Of a stretch of 64,000 bases of DNA, positions 42,608 through 53,242 are shown in pieces. Source of the DNA: Candidatus Hadarchaeales archaeon (GTDB lineage Archaea; Hadarchaeota; Hadarchaeia; Hadarchaeales; WYZ-LMO6). The stretch's first letter is position 1. Each line of letters opens with the position of its first letter. The stretch lies in the NCBI GenBank assembly GCA_038851755.1, contig JAWCKR010000003.1, positions 1 to 64,000 of the forward strand, written 5' to 3'. The notes below the pieces were generated by a model. That model worked only from the letters and a program-made list of their open reading frames with translations, did not search any database and was not told the origin of the DNA. A program made the position numbers and the translations under genes.

Positions 42608-45340
42608 CTATCCCTCCAGGACCTTCCTGAGACTCTCGAACGCCTTGTCCATGGCCTCTCTTAACCCCTCCGTTCTGGGGCCTCCCCCCTGCCCGAAGTT
42701 CTTCCTTCCACCCCCTCCTCCCCCCAGGGCCCTCGCCGCCAGGGAGGCCACCGCCCCGCAGTCCACCCCCTTCTCCACCGCCTTCTCGCCCGCCGCCAGG
42801 ACCAGGCTGGCCACCCTGCCCGAGCTCCCCAGGATGACCACCGCGTGGGGGTCCCTGGCCATCTCCTCCGCCATCTTTATCATCTCCTCCGTTCTCGCTT
42901 CCCCCATCTCCTCCCTTATCACCAGGAACTCCCCCACCCTCGTTCCCTTCTCCCTCATGGTGGGAGAGGCCAGGCTCGCCAGTCTCTTCCTGAGGGCCTC
43001 CAGCTCCTTCTGCAGGAGCTTTTTCTCCTCCACCAGCTTCACCACCGCCTGCTCCAGACCCCCCTCCTGCACCCCCAGCAGGGAGACCAGCCTTCCCCTC
43101 TCCTCCTCCCTCCTCCTGATCTCCTCCAGCGCCGCCTTCCCCGCTGCGAACTCCAGCCTCTCCACCCCGTCCTGGATGCGCTCCGTGCGGAGAATCTTCA
43201 GCATCCCTATCTCCCCCGTGCTCCCGCAGTGGGTGCCGGCGCAGGCCTGCGTGTTCCATCCCACCACCTCCACCACCCTCAGCTTCTTCCCGGGGACCAC
43301 TCCCCCCTGGTAGAGCACGAAGCCGTACTTCCTCTCCGCCTCGTTCCTGTCCATGAACCGGGTCCGGATGGGCAGGTTGGCCAGGATGACCTCGTTGGCC
43401 CTCCTCTCTATCTCCGCCACCTCCTGGGGCTCCAGCCTCCTGAAGTGGGTGATGTCCAGCCTGGACCACTCCGGGTACTTCTGGGCCCCGTGCTGCCAGA
43501 CGTGGTCACCCAGCACCCTCTTGGCCGCCTCCAGGAGCACGTGGGTGGCGGAGTGGTGGCGCATGAGGGAGCTCCTCCTCTCCCAGTCCAGCTTCCCCAC
43601 CACCCTGTCCCCGGCCCTGAAGGGGTTGGAGGCAAGGCGATGGATCACCGCCTCCCCCACCTTCTCCACCTCCACCACCTCGGCCGTCTTCCCCTCTCCC
43701 TCCAAGATGCCTGCATCACCCTCCTGCCCTCCGCCCTCGGGGTAGAAGGCCGTGCGGTCCAGCACCACCTCGTTTCCCCTGCTCAGCACCACTCTTGCCC
43801 TGAACTCCCTCAGGTAGGGGTCCTCGTAGAACAGGAGCCTGGTGCGGGGTAGCCTCTCCTCCCTCCTTCCCTCCCCGGCCTCCACCTTCGCCCCCGAGGC
43901 GTGTCTCTCGGCCACCTTGATGTAGAAGTCCTCGGGGACCTCCACCTCCACCCCCATCTCCCTGCCCACTTCCCTCACGAGCTCCGGGGGCAGGCCGTGG
44001 CTGTCGTAGAACTCGAAGAGCTTCTCCTGCGGGAGGGAGGAGGCCTGCGATCTGAGGGAGGAGAGGGTCCTCTCCACCAGCCTCCTTCCCCTGGCGATGG
44101 CCTCGGCGTACCTCTTTTCCTCCAGCTCCACCACCTTCAGGATGTACCCCCTCCTCTCCTCGAGCTCGGGGTGGGAGAGGAAGTCCAGTTCCATGCTCAT
44201 GAGCTCTGGGAGGGGGAGCCTGAGCCCTGCCTCCCTGAGGAGCCTGAGGGTCCTCCTGAGCACCAGCCTGGCGAGGTACCCCTCCCTGGCGTTGCTGGGC
44301 GTGATCCCGTCCCCCAGCATGAAGGCCAGGCACCTGAGGTGATCGGCTATCGCGTACAGGGCCTCCAGCGGGACCATCCAGCGGTCCAGCTGCTCCCTGC
44401 TCATACCCGAACGCTCCGCCACCCTCTCCCTGAGCAGCGCCAGGTCCCTCCCGCTCTCCACGTCGATCAGGCCCGCTATCCTGGAATGCAGCTCCAGCAG
44501 CTCCTCCGGTGGCCTCTCCACTCCCGCCTCCCTCTCCAGCCTCCGGAGGAGGGGTCCGAACACGGCCTCGTACACGGACGTGCTCCCCTGGGAGATCCAG
44601 GAGATCCTCTCCAGCCCGTAGCCGGTGTCCACGATCTGCAGGGGGAGCTTCCTGTATTCCTTCCCCACCACCTCGTACCTCATGAAGACCAGGGTGGCCA
44701 GCTCCAGCCCCCTGGCGTTGACCTCGAAGTCCTCCCCTGCGTTCCCCCCTCCCTCCCAGAGGTCCTCCACGTAGTTGAGGTCCTCCCCCTTTATCCCCAG
44801 CTCCTTGGTTAAGAACTCATGGCAGAGTTCCACCGTCCGATCGTTCCAGTAAACCCTTTTCTCCCTGGTGTTGAAGGCGTGGTGCCCCCCCATGTGGAAG
44901 AGGGTGAGGTGTCTTCCCGACCTGCCCACGTTGTCTATGTCGTTCAGGCGGATGCTGGGCTGGCTCACCACCAGCGGGTTGGCGGGCGGGGGCACCTGCC
45001 CGCTGGTGACCCAGGGCTGGAAGTCGGCTATGGAGGCGATGGTGAGGAAGATGTCATCCCTCCACCTGGCCACCACCGGGTACCTCCTGATCACCTCGTG
45101 CCCCCTCCTTTCGAAGAACTTGAGGAAGGATCTCTCCACCTCCTTCAGGGAGAGCCTCTTCCTGGTGGGTGGCCTGCCTATGAAGGAGTACTCATCGCAG
45201 GGCGTGTCGCCGCAGGTCCTCCTCTCGGGATCCAGGGTCCAGAACCACCTCCCGCACCCGGCGCACTTCCTCCTCTCGAAGCCCTCCTCCCTGAAGAGCT
45301 TCACCCTGTAGAGGCTGCCGGCCTTCTTGGAGCCCTGCAT
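42608..45340 (-). CDS. alaS: Alanine--tRNA ligase (archaeal type)
   Basis: VVARWRDD, ASIADFQP, DTGYGLER, HHSATH editing motif, CAGTH, GGGGG. Confidence 0.96.
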   Translation of the reverse strand: MQGSKKAGSLYRVKLFREEGFERRKCAGCGRWFWTLDPERRTCGDTPCDEYSFIGRPPTRKRLSLKEVERSFLKFFERRGHEVIRRYPVVARWRDDIFLTIASIADFQPWVTSGQVPPPANPLVVSQPSIRLNDIDNVGRSGRHLTLFHMGGHHAFNTREKRVYWNDRTVELCHEFLTKELGIKGEDLNYVEDLWEGGGNAGEDFEVNARGLELATLVFMRYEVVGKEYRKLPLQIVDTGYGLERISWISQGSTSVYEAVFGPLLRRLEREAGVERPPEELLELHSRIAGLIDVESGRDLALLRERVAERSGMSREQLDRWMVPLEALYAIADHLRCLAFMLGDGITPSNAREGYLARLVLRRTLRLLREAGLRLPLPELMSMELDFLSHPELEERRGYILKVVELEEKRYAEAIARGRRLVERTLSSLRSQASSLPQEKLFEFYDSHGLPPELVREVGREMGVEVEVPEDFYIKVAERHASGAKVEAGEGRREERLPRTRLLFYEDPYLREFRARVVLSRGNEVVLDRTAFYPEGGGQEGDAGILEGEGKTAEVVEVEKVGEAVIHRLASNPFRAGDRVVGKLDWERRSSLMRHHSATHVLLEAAKRVLGDHVWQHGAQKYPEWSRLDITHFRRLEPQEVAEIERRANEVILANLPIRTRFMDRNEAERKYGFVLYQGGVVPGKKLRVVEVVGWNTQACAGTHCGSTGEIGMLKILRTERIQDGVERLEFAAGKAALEEIRRREEERGRLVSLLGVQEGGLEQAVVKLVEEKKLLQKELEALRKRLASLASPTMREKGTRVGEFLVIREEMGEARTEEMIKMAEEMARDPHAVVILGSSGRVASLVLAAGEKAVEKGVDCGAVASLAARALGGGGGGRKNFGQGGGPRTEGLREAMDKAFESLRKVLEG

Positions 45341-45370
45341 CCCAGAATCCTCCCCTTCCGGGAGTTAAAA

Positions 45371-46297
45371 CTACCTTCCCTTCAGCGCCCCCAGGATGAG
45401 GGGGAGGCAGAGGGTGGCGTCCCCCTCCACCGTGACGTGCTTGGCCCCCCTTCCGATCTTCCCCCAGGAGATGGCCTCGTGGGTCCTGGCCCCGGAGAGG
45501 CTTCCGTCGTACTCGTGGGCGGTGGTGAGGTAGACGGCGTAGCTCAGCCCTCCCCCGAACTGGGCCCACCAGATCAGGTGGTGCTTGCTTATCCCCCCTC
45601 CCACGATGAGGGCCCCCATCCTCCTGGAGGACCACACCCTCTCGCTCAGGAGGCTCTCGTCCTTCATGGGGTCGACCTTCAGCTCGTGGTCCTGGCAGAA
45701 GGACCAGAGCTGGTAGCCCACGGCCCCGTCCGTCACTCCAGGCACGATGACGGGGACCTTCCTCCTGTAGCACCAGTACAGGAAGGAATCGTTCTTGCGG
45801 ATCCACCTGCCCAGCTCCCAGCAGAGCTCGTGGGTGGAGAGCTCCCTCCTCCCCGACCGGTAAAGCTCCTCCAGGAACCTCTGCATCTTCTCCTCTATCA
45901 GGAGGCCGTAGGAGGAGTCGGGAACGAAGACGTTCCCCAGCCTGCTGATCCCCCTCTTCCTCAGCTCCCCGTCATCCACGTGGAAACTCCCGTGGTAGTA
46001 CTCCCGGTAGCTCCTGGCCAGGTCGTGGTCCAGCGTTCCGCAGGTGGTTATCACGAGGTCGAAGAAGCCCTCCCTCACGAAGTCCCTCAGCACGCCCCTG
46101 GTGCCCGTGGCCATGAGGCAGGCCGGGAAGGAGAGCATCTTGAAGCACTCCCGGTCGGAGAGCATCTCCCTGAGGATCTCCACCCCCCTGGCGAGGAGCT
46201 GGGCGTTGAAGCCCCCGCAGGACCCCATCTGCTCCATCAGGTCCGCTATCCTCGTGCGTGAGGAGACCCTGAGGTCCTTAACCGCTCGCCCCTTCAT
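45371..46297 (-). CDS. dys: Deoxyhypusine synthase
   Basis: RLGNVFVP, DGAVG, GGGISKH, DGSLSGA..EAISWGK. Confidence 0.93.
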   Translation of the reverse strand: MKGRAVKDLRVSSRTRIADLMEQMGSCGGFNAQLLARGVEILREMLSDRECFKMLSFPACLMATGTRGVLRDFVREGFFDLVITTCGTLDHDLARSYREYYHGSFHVDDGELRKRGISRLGNVFVPDSSYGLLIEEKMQRFLEELYRSGRRELSTHELCWELGRWIRKNDSFLYWCYRRKVPVIVPGVTDGAVGYQLWSFCQDHELKVDPMKDESLLSERVWSSRRMGALIVGGGISKHHLIWWAQFGGGLSYAVYLTTAHEYDGSLSGARTHEAISWGKIGRGAKHVTVEGDATLCLPLILGALKGR

Positions 46298-46321
46298 GAG
46301 CTCCCGTCAGAGGAAAAGGGT

Positions 46322-46630
46322 TCAGCCGAAGAGGGAGGCCAGACCGGCCATGGCTTCCTCTTCCTTCTTCTCCTCCTCTTCCTTCTTCTCCTCCTTCTTC
46401 TCCTCGGCCTTCGGAGGAGCGGGAGCCGCCTGCGCGGCGGGTGCCACGGCCATCGCTGAGGCCCCCTTCAGGACCTCCTCGATGTTCACCCCCTCCAGCG
46501 CGGAGAGGAGGGTCTTCACCCTGGCCTCGTTCACCTCTATGCCCGCCGCCTTCAGCACGTTCGTCAGGCTCTCCTCATCGGGCTTCTTGCCCGCGGCGTG
46601 CAACAGCATCACGGCGTGCACATACTCCAA
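46322..46630 (-). CDS. rpl12p: 50S ribosomal stalk protein P1/L12
   Basis: MEYVHA.MLLH, Ala-rich hinge, [13 protein letters not shown]. Confidence 0.95.
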   Translation of the reverse strand: MEYVHAVMLLHAAGKKPDEESLTNVLKAAGIEVNEARVKTLLSALEGVNIEEVLKGASAMAVAPAAQAAPAPPKAEEKKEEKKEEEEKKEEEAMAGLASLFG

Positions 46631-46673
46631 TTTTCTACCTCCTGAGAGGACTCATCCCCTTACTCTTACCCCT

Positions 46674-47546
46674 TTATGAACCTTTCCCCTCCTCCAGCTT
46701 CGAGGAGAGGTGAAGGGCCTGGAGGTGCGCCCTGGCCAGGAGCTCGGGCAGGGTCTCCCTGGTGGGGAAGGCCGGGGAGAGGGCCCTGGCCAGGGCGAGG
46801 GCGTTCAGGTGGGATTTGAGGAGCAGCTGAGGTACCGTGAGTGCGGTGGGGTATTCGAGGCCCAGGGCCAGGGCGAGGGCCTGCTGGTGCGCCCTCAGGA
46901 GTTCTCCCCTCACCACCTCCTCGTCCAGCTCGAGCAGGTCCCCCGAGTAGATCAGGCCTTCACCGTAGGCTGCCCGCAGCCTGAGGAGGAGATCCACCGG
47001 CTCCACCCCGATTTTGAGGAGGAGGTCGGCGATCTCCTTCGTAATCACCTCCCCCGCCCTGATCACCGTGAAGTCCTCCGCGACCACCACCTTCCCAGCC
47101 TGCACCCTGGCCTTCACCCCGGCCCTCTGCAGCTCGCTGACCACGGGCCCGGGAGGGAAGTCCGTCTCCCCGGCCTTGATGACCACTTCCGTCGAGGAGA
47201 CCCTGCCCGGCTTGGCAGGGGCCTTCTCCCTCTCCTCCTTCAGGAGGCGGTTGAGCTTGACGGGGGGGAGGTCGGTGAAGAGGAGGGCGCTCTGGCCTTT
47301 CACGTGCTCCAGCAGCCCCTCCAGCCCCTTCCTCTCCTTGGAGGCCTCCGAGAGGGCCAGCCTGATGAGGGTGTTCTTGGCCACCAGGATCTCCCCCTTC
47401 CCCCTGAGCTTTTCCCTGAGCCTCTGGAAGAGGTGGGAGGGAAAGCCCTCGAAGTCCACCACGCCCACCACCTTGGAGGAGAGAAGCTTCTCCTTCAGCT
47501 CCTGCAGCGTCTCGGTCTTCCAGGCCGGGTAGGAGGTCCTCTTCAT
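46674..47546 (-). CDS. rpl10: 50S ribosomal protein L10/P0
   Basis: WK, KNTL, AKPG, T.FPPGP, YPT/FPT helices. Confidence 0.92.
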   Translation of the reverse strand: MKRTSYPAWKTETLQELKEKLLSSKVVGVVDFEGFPSHLFQRLREKLRGKGEILVAKNTLIRLALSEASKERKGLEGLLEHVKGQSALLFTDLPPVKLNRLLKEEREKAPAKPGRVSSTEVVIKAGETDFPPGPVVSELQRAGVKARVQAGKVVVAEDFTVIRAGEVITKEIADLLLKIGVEPVDLLLRLRAAYGEGLIYSGDLLELDEEVVRGELLRAHQQALALALGLEYPTALTVPQLLLKSHLNALALARALSPAFPTRETLPELLARAHLQALHLSSKLEEGKGS

Positions 47547-48196
47547 CCCTTCATCCCCAGTTTCACGGGTTTGCCCATGGTGGTCTTCAGGTAAACGGCC
47601 TTGATGCGCCCCTTTCCCTTCTGCAGGGCCGTCTCCAAGGCCTCCAGCACGCTGAGGGCGTTCTCCGCCACCTTCTCCTCGGGCATCTCCTCGCTCCCTA
47701 TCCTGGCCCTGATGGCGGGCTGGTCCCTGGTCCTGAGGAAGAGGAGCTTGCGGTACCTTTCCAGGACCTGCTGCAGGTTCACGTTCGGGGGCAGGGGCTT
47801 CGGGATCTTGTCCCTCGGGCCCAGGATGCGTCCGAGCAGCCTCCCGGCGAGGGGCATGAGGTCCGGCTGCGCCAGGAACACATCGTACTCCCTGGCCAGC
47901 CTCTTGGCCTTCTTGGGGTTCTTCCCCAGCTCCTCCAGCTCCGCCCTGGAGAGCACCAGGTCGGCTCCAGCCTCCTTCGCCCTGAGGGCCATCTCACCCT
48001 CCGCGAAGAGGGCCACCTTCCTCTTCCTGCCGTTGCCGTGGGGCAGGAGGGCCTCGAAGGAGATCCTCTCCTCCGTCTTCTTCAGGTCGAGGTTCTCCAG
48101 CGTCACCTGCAGCTCCAAACCCTGCTTGAACTTCCTACCTTTCCCGGCCTCCTTTGCCTGTTTCACGGCCTCCTTCAGGGCCTCCTTCGAGATCAT
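47543..48196 (-). CDS. rpl1: 50S ribosomal protein L1
   Basis: RKFKQ, LPHG, LGPR.K.P, KTTMG. Confidence 0.93.
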   Translation of the reverse strand: MISKEALKEAVKQAKEAGKGRKFKQGLELQVTLENLDLKKTEERISFEALLPHGNGRKRKVALFAEGEMALRAKEAGADLVLSRAELEELGKNPKKAKRLAREYDVFLAQPDLMPLAGRLLGRILGPRDKIPKPLPPNVNLQQVLERYRKLLFLRTRDQPAIRARIGSEEMPEEKVAENALSVLEALETALQKGKGRIKAVYLKTTMGKPVKLGMKG

Positions 48197-48657
48197 TTCA
48201 GTTCCTCCTCGTACTTTCCTTCCTCTATCTCCCTCTGGACCTCCCTGGGGTCCTTACCCTCCACCGTCACCCCCATGCTCTTGCAGGTGCCCAGCACCTC
48301 CTTCACCTTGCTCTTCAGGTTCTTCCCCCCCTTCTCCTTGGCGATCTTGACCACCTGTGAGAGGGAGAGGTTGCCCACGGTTTCCTTCCCCGCGGTCTTG
48401 GCCCCCTTCTCCACCCCCAGCTCCCTCTTCACCAGGACGGAGACGGGCGGGGAGCCCACCTCCACCTGGAACTCCTTGGTCTTACGGTCCACGGTGAGGA
48501 TGACGGGGACCTTCATCCCGCTGAACTTGGAGGTGGCCTGGTTTATCCTCTGGACCACCTGCCCCACGTTCACCCCCAGCGGTCCCAGGGCGGGTCCGAG
48601 CGGGGGGCCGGGGTTGGCCTTCCCGCCTTCCACCAGAAGCTTTATCCGGGCTTTCAT
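48193..48657 (-). CDS. rpl11: 50S ribosomal protein L11
   Basis: [32 protein letters not shown]. Confidence 0.95.
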   Translation of the reverse strand: MKARIKLLVEGGKANPGPPLGPALGPLGVNVGQVVQRINQATSKFSGMKVPVILTVDRKTKEFQVEVGSPPVSVLVKRELGVEKGAKTAGKETVGNLSLSQVVKIAKEKGGKNLKSKVKEVLGTCKSMGVTVEGKDPREVQREIEEGKYEEELK

Positions 48658-48710
48658 CGAAACACCACCCTCTCATCCGCTAAAAAGCTTCCTTTCAGGG
48701 CCCTGCGAAC

Positions 48711-49193
48711 TCACTTCTCCTCGGCGCCTTTCTTCTGTATCACCTTCACGGACTCCGACTTGACGGTCACGGGTATGGGCACGGTGGCTTCGAAGAACTC
48801 CACTGTGACCTCCTCCTTCTCCTTGTCCACCTGCACGATCCTAGCCCTCTCCCCCTTGAAAGGCCCGGAGGAGATCTCCACGAGGTCCCCCACCTCCATC
48901 CTCGTCACGGAGGGTTTGGGGACGAGGTACTGCTCCAGCTCTTCCATCGAGAGCTCACCCGAGACCATGCCCCTGGCGTGCTTCACCCCCGTTCTGGCCT
49001 TCTCCACCGAGCTCCTCCCGTAGGCCTCCACGAAGAGGTATCCCGAGAGGTTGGCCGGGGCCATCACGGCCAGGATGGGGAGGTTCTGCTTCTTGGCGTG
49101 GGTGATGAGCACGTCCGCCGTGTTCTTCTCCTGCCCCACCGTGACCCTTATGGCGTAGATGGAGGGCCGCTGGGCTTCCTCCTTCTCCTCCAA
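48711..49193 (-). CDS. spt5: Transcription elongation factor Spt5/NusG
   Basis: GQEKN, GYLFVE, KOW GDLVEISSGPFKG. Confidence 0.94.
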   Translation of the reverse strand: MEEKEEAQRPSIYAIRVTVGQEKNTADVLITHAKKQNLPILAVMAPANLSGYLFVEAYGRSSVEKARTGVKHARGMVSGELSMEELEQYLVPKPSVTRMEVGDLVEISSGPFKGERARIVQVDKEKEEVTVEFFEATVPIPVTVKSESVKVIQKKGAEEK

Positions 49194-49196
49194 GCT

Positions 49197-49364
49197 TCAG
49201 CCACCCCCTAGGATGAGGTAGCCCACCGACATGATGAGGAACCCCACCACGCCGATGAGCAGCACCCCCAGGCCCGTGACCTTGGAGGCCTCCGTGAACT
49301 CCTCCTGGCTGGGTTTCCTGGCTATCAGGAGGACACGCTTCATCTCGCTCAGCCTGAGGGTCAT
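49197..49364 (-). CDS. secE: Protein translocase SecE/Sec61-gamma (not in ORF track, 55 aa)
   Basis: Manual translation ..RVLLIARKPSQEEF..SKVTGLGVLLIGVVGFLI; between ftsZ and spt5. Confidence 0.92.
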   Translation of the reverse strand: MTLRLSEMKRVLLIARKPSQEEFTEASKVTGLGVLLIGVVGFLIMSVGYLILGGG

Positions 49365-50473
49365 ATGCTCTTCAGCCCCAGGTCTATCTGCTCGGGTCTG
49401 AGCTTGGGAGTGGGCGGTTTCGCCTGGGAGTGCGGCGAGTACACCCCCGTGACCACCAGCAGGACCCTGAGGTTGTTCTTCATCTCCTCATAGATCTGGG
49501 CCCCGCATATCACGTACGCTTCGGGGTCGAGCACCTCCGAGACCTTGCCGAAGACCTTCCCGGCCTCGCTGAGGGTGAGGCTCGGTCCCCCCACCACGTT
49601 GATCAGGGCGCGCTTGCCCCCGGAGATGTCCGCCTCCAGCAGAGGACTGTGGATGGCCTCCTCCACCGCCTCTTCCGCCCTGTTCTCCGCGTCTGACTCC
49701 CCTATCCCTATCAGGGCAGTTCCGCTGTCCTTCAGGACGGTCTCCAAATCCGCGAAGTCCAGGTTGATGAGCCCCGGTTTCGTTATGGTCTCCGTTATGC
49801 CTTTCACGGCGTTCATGATGATCTGATCGGCCACCTTGAAGGCCGCCCCCATGGGCAGTCCTGGGGCCAGCTCCAGAAGCTTGTCGTTGGGGATCACGAT
49901 CACCGCGTCCACGTTCTGCTTGAGCCTCTCCAGCCCGGTCCTGGCGTTGAGCATCCTCCTGTTTCCCTCCACCCTGAAGGGGAGGGTCACCACGGCCACG
50001 GTGAGGGCGTCGAGCTTCTTGGCGATCTCGGCCACCACCGGCGCCGCCCCCGTTCCCGTTCCCCCTCCCAGCCCGCAGGTGATGAAGATCATGTCTGCCC
50101 CATACAGGTGGTCTTTTATCAGGTCCTCGTCCTCGCGGGCCGCTTGCTCCCCCTTGGAGGGGTCGGCCCCAGCCCCCAGGCCTCCGGTGGTCTGTTTGCC
50201 TATCAGCAGCTTCCGGTCGGCAAGCGTGTAGAGGAGGTCCTGGGCGTCCGTGTTGATGGCGATGGTCTCGGCCCCGTAAATTCCCACCTCCATCATCCTG
50301 GAGAGCGTGTTTCCCCCGCTCCCCCCGCACCCGACCACCAGGGTTTTCACTGTCGCCTTTTCCTGGATTTCCTTCAGCTCCTGATCGGTGTATCCCTTGC
50401 CCCCCGGTTTGGCCACCTTGCCCAGGTCAGAGATGCCTGGCTTCACAGGATTCGCGGAGGATGAGGCACTCAT
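49361..50473 (-). CDS. ftsZ: Cell division protein FtsZ
   Basis: [22 protein letters not shown] tubulin motif, NLDFAD. Confidence 0.96.
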   Translation of the reverse strand: MSASSSANPVKPGISDLGKVAKPGGKGYTDQELKEIQEKATVKTLVVGCGGSGGNTLSRMMEVGIYGAETIAINTDAQDLLYTLADRKLLIGKQTTGGLGAGADPSKGEQAAREDEDLIKDHLYGADMIFITCGLGGGTGTGAAPVVAEIAKKLDALTVAVVTLPFRVEGNRRMLNARTGLERLKQNVDAVIVIPNDKLLELAPGLPMGAAFKVADQIIMNAVKGITETITKPGLINLDFADLETVLKDSGTALIGIGESDAENRAEEAVEEAIHSPLLEADISGGKRALINVVGGPSLTLSEAGKVFGKVSEVLDPEAYVICGAQIYEEMKNNLRVLLVVTGVYSPHSQAKPPTPKLRPEQIDLGLKSI

Positions 50474-50502
50474 CGTCTCAGTGAAGAGAGGTTTTTTTGG
50501 TT

Positions 50503-51315
50503 TTAAACCTTTTGAGAAAGAGACTGTTTCACCGTGAGTCTGGTTATCCCCAGCTCCCTCGAGGCCTCCACCACCACTTTCTTCTGCTCGGAGTTCAGTC
50601 CCTCCTCGTCCGAGAGGATGAGCCCCGCTCCCCCTCGGGTTTTTAGGACGGCCTCCCGGAGCAAAGCCCTGGTGAGGGGGGCATACTTGGGCAAGAGGTG
50701 CCCCACCCAGTACTTGGTCTTGAGGACCGCCTCCGTGTGCCTGGGGGCGTAGTGGGGCCCTCCCACCCCTACCGCCCTGAGGCACTCTGCAGGGGGTGAG
50801 AGAACGGCCCTCGCCACTGCCTCCCCTGCTTCTCCCCTGACCCACTCCTCCTTTTCGCTCCCTATCTCCACGAAGGTCACGGGCACGCTAAGGCCGGTGG
50901 GACCGTGGTGCGTGGCCTCCAGGCACACCCGGTGGGGCAGGTCCATCTCCTCCTTCACGAGCTGGAGGGAGCGGAGGATGGAGCCCACCGTCTCGGGTTT
51001 TGCCACCGCCAGCCTCCCCTCTGCGGGCTCCCCAGGGACATGCACGGAGAGGGTGGGGATGCCAGAGGTGCTGGCGTGTCTGGAGAGGACCAGCACCTCG
51101 CTGGCCGGGAAGGGGAGGGACTCCATCCTCAGGGGATCCCCCTCGAAGGGCAGGAGCACGGAGTCGCCGTACCGGTAGACCTTTCCAAGCTTTTGGAAAG
51201 GATAGAGCTTGAGGAGGTGTCGGCAGATGTTTTCCGCCGCCGGGTCCTTCAGCGAGGCCAGAAGCAGCCTGGTGCCCCTTTCTTGCCCCCTTCTCCCCTC
51301 GGAAGGAGAATTCAT
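50503..51315 (-). CDS. dtdA: D-aminoacyl-tRNA deacylase (archaeal DTD2)
   Basis: SRH, SVH.PG, EATHHGPT, FVEIGS, GGPHYAP. Confidence 0.88.
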   Translation of the reverse strand: MNSPSEGRRGQERGTRLLLASLKDPAAENICRHLLKLYPFQKLGKVYRYGDSVLLPFEGDPLRMESLPFPASEVLVLSRHASTSGIPTLSVHVPGEPAEGRLAVAKPETVGSILRSLQLVKEEMDLPHRVCLEATHHGPTGLSVPVTFVEIGSEKEEWVRGEAGEAVARAVLSPPAECLRAVGVGGPHYAPRHTEAVLKTKYWVGHLLPKYAPLTRALLREAVLKTRGGAGLILSDEEGLNSEQKKVVVEASRELGITRLTVKQSLSQKV

Positions 51316-53204
51316 TTTCCCTTCTTCAGGAGACTCTTGAACTCATCCACCACGGCAGGGTCCTCTATGGTGGAATAGTCACCCAGTGGCTGGTCGGACA
51401 GGAGGGCCCTGATGAGCCTCCTCATAATTTTCCCGCTCCTGGTCTTGGGCAGCCTGTTCACGAAGAAGAAACCCCCGAACACTATGAGGGGGCCCATCAG
51501 GTTCCTCACCTTCTCCCTTATCTCCTCCTTGAGCCTCTCGGAGGGTGAGAAGCCTCCCTTCAGCACCACGAAGGCGCAGGCCACCTCCTTCCTCACGGGA
51601 TCAGGCATCCCCACCACAGCAGCCTCCGCCACCGCGGGGTGGGAGAGGAGGGCGCTCTCCACCTCGATGGCCCCTATCCTGTGCCCCGAGATCTTTATCA
51701 CCTCGTCCGTTCTGGCGATGAACCAGAGGTATCCGTCCTCGTCCTTCTTGGCGGCGTCACCCGTGTAGTAGTAGGGAGGAATCCTGTTCCAGTACTCTTC
51801 CACGTACCTGCCTTCAGCCCTCCACAGGGTCTGGATGAGGCCGGGGAAGGGCTTCTTGACGACGAAGATTCCCTCCACCCCGGGAGGAACGGGATTACCC
51901 TTCTCGTCCACCACCTCCCCCTCCACGCCAGGCAGGGGAATGGTGGCCGACCCTGGCTTGATGGGGAGGAGGGAGATACCGTACGGGTTCCCCACGATGG
52001 GTCCTCCCGTCTCGGTCTGCCACATGTGGTCCACCACGGGTGCCCTGTCCTTCAGCACCGTTTTCTGCAACCACTCCCAGGCAGGGGGATTGAGGGGTTC
52101 CCCGGCGGAGGCCACGAACTTGATGGAGCTGAGGTCGTGTTTGGAGGGGAGCTCATCCCCGTACTTCATGAGGGTGCGGATGAGGGTGGGCGAGACCCAC
52201 ATCTTAGTGACCTTGTGTTTCTCCACCAGCTTCCAGAGGATGTCGGGGGAGGGATAGTCTGGGGTACCCTCGTACATCAGGGTGGTGGCTCCCGCCAGCA
52301 GGGGCCCGAAGAGCACGTAGCTGGATCCCACGATCCAGCCTATGTCGGAGAGGCAGAACCACACGTCCTTCTCCTCCAGCCCGTAGACCCACTTCCCCAT
52401 GGCGTACACGTAGACCTGGTATCCTCCGTGCGTGTGCAGGGCCCCCTTGGGCTTGGCGGTGGTTCCTGAGGTGTAGAGGATGAAGGCGGGTTCGTTTGCC
52501 TCCATGGGGACCAGTTCCGCATCCTCCTTCTTTCCCAGCTTCAGGGCCTCGTCCCAGTAGAGGTCCCTTCCCTCCTTCATCTCCGCACCCTTTCCCCTCC
52601 TCAGGACCACCACCTTCTCCACCCGGTTGGGGGACTCCAGTGCCCTGTCCACGATTTCCTTCAGGTGGATGGGGGTTCCCCTGCGGTAGGCGAGGTCGGA
52701 GGTGAGCACCACCTTCGCGTCGGCGTCGGCTATCCTCTCGGCCAACGCGTGGTACCCGAAGCCGGCGAAGACGGGGGAGTAGATAGCCCCTATCCTGAGG
52801 CAGGAGAGGATTCCTATCGCCGCTTCGGGGACCATGGGCATGTAGAGGGTTACCCTGTCACCCTTCTTCACCCCCATAGCCCTCAGGACGGAGGAGAACC
52901 TCTTCACCTCCTCCAGGAGCTCTCTGTAGGTCAGAAGCTTGCTTTCTCCCGTCTCAGCTGACTCCCAGATCAGGGCGGGCTTGTTGCCCCTTCCCTTTTC
53001 CACCTGGCGGTCCAAGCAGTTGTAGGAGATGTTGGTGGTCCCCCCCACGAACCATTTGAAGAAGGGGTACTTCCCCTTCTCGAAGACCTTTTGGTATTTC
53101 TCGAACCAGTGGAGCTCCTCCGCCACCTTGCCCCACAGCTTCTCAGGGTTCTTTCTCCCCAGCTCCATCATTTTCTGGAGTTCTGGCGGTAGAGTGAGGG
53201 CCAT
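51312..53204 (-). CDS. acs: AMP-forming acetyl-CoA synthetase
   Basis: NCLDR, YTSGTTAKPKG, WQTETG, YYTGD, GHRIG..EVE, PKTRSGKIMRR. Confidence 0.9.
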   Translation of the reverse strand: MALTLPPELQKMMELGRKNPEKLWGKVAEELHWFEKYQKVFEKGKYPFFKWFVGGTTNISYNCLDRQVEKGRGNKPALIWESAETGESKLLTYRELLEEVKRFSSVLRAMGVKKGDRVTLYMPMVPEAAIGILSCLRIGAIYSPVFAGFGYHALAERIADADAKVVLTSDLAYRRGTPIHLKEIVDRALESPNRVEKVVVLRRGKGAEMKEGRDLYWDEALKLGKKEDAELVPMEANEPAFILYTSGTTAKPKGALHTHGGYQVYVYAMGKWVYGLEEKDVWFCLSDIGWIVGSSYVLFGPLLAGATTLMYEGTPDYPSPDILWKLVEKHKVTKMWVSPTLIRTLMKYGDELPSKHDLSSIKFVASAGEPLNPPAWEWLQKTVLKDRAPVVDHMWQTETGGPIVGNPYGISLLPIKPGSATIPLPGVEGEVVDEKGNPVPPGVEGIFVVKKPFPGLIQTLWRAEGRYVEEYWNRIPPYYYTGDAAKKDEDGYLWFIARTDEVIKISGHRIGAIEVESALLSHPAVAEAAVVGMPDPVRKEVACAFVVLKGGFSPSERLKEEIREKVRNLMGPLIVFGGFFFVNRLPKTRSGKIMRRLIRALLSDQPLGDYSTIEDPAVVDEFKSLLKKGK

Positions 53205-53242
53205 CCTCCCCCTTTTCTCCCCTCCCTTAAAAAGGTGCTTGC

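Noticed and set aside
50474-50845. N-terminal extension of the FtsZ ORF
   Set aside because: It overlaps dtdA; a TATA-like element near 50500 supports the ATG 50473 start.
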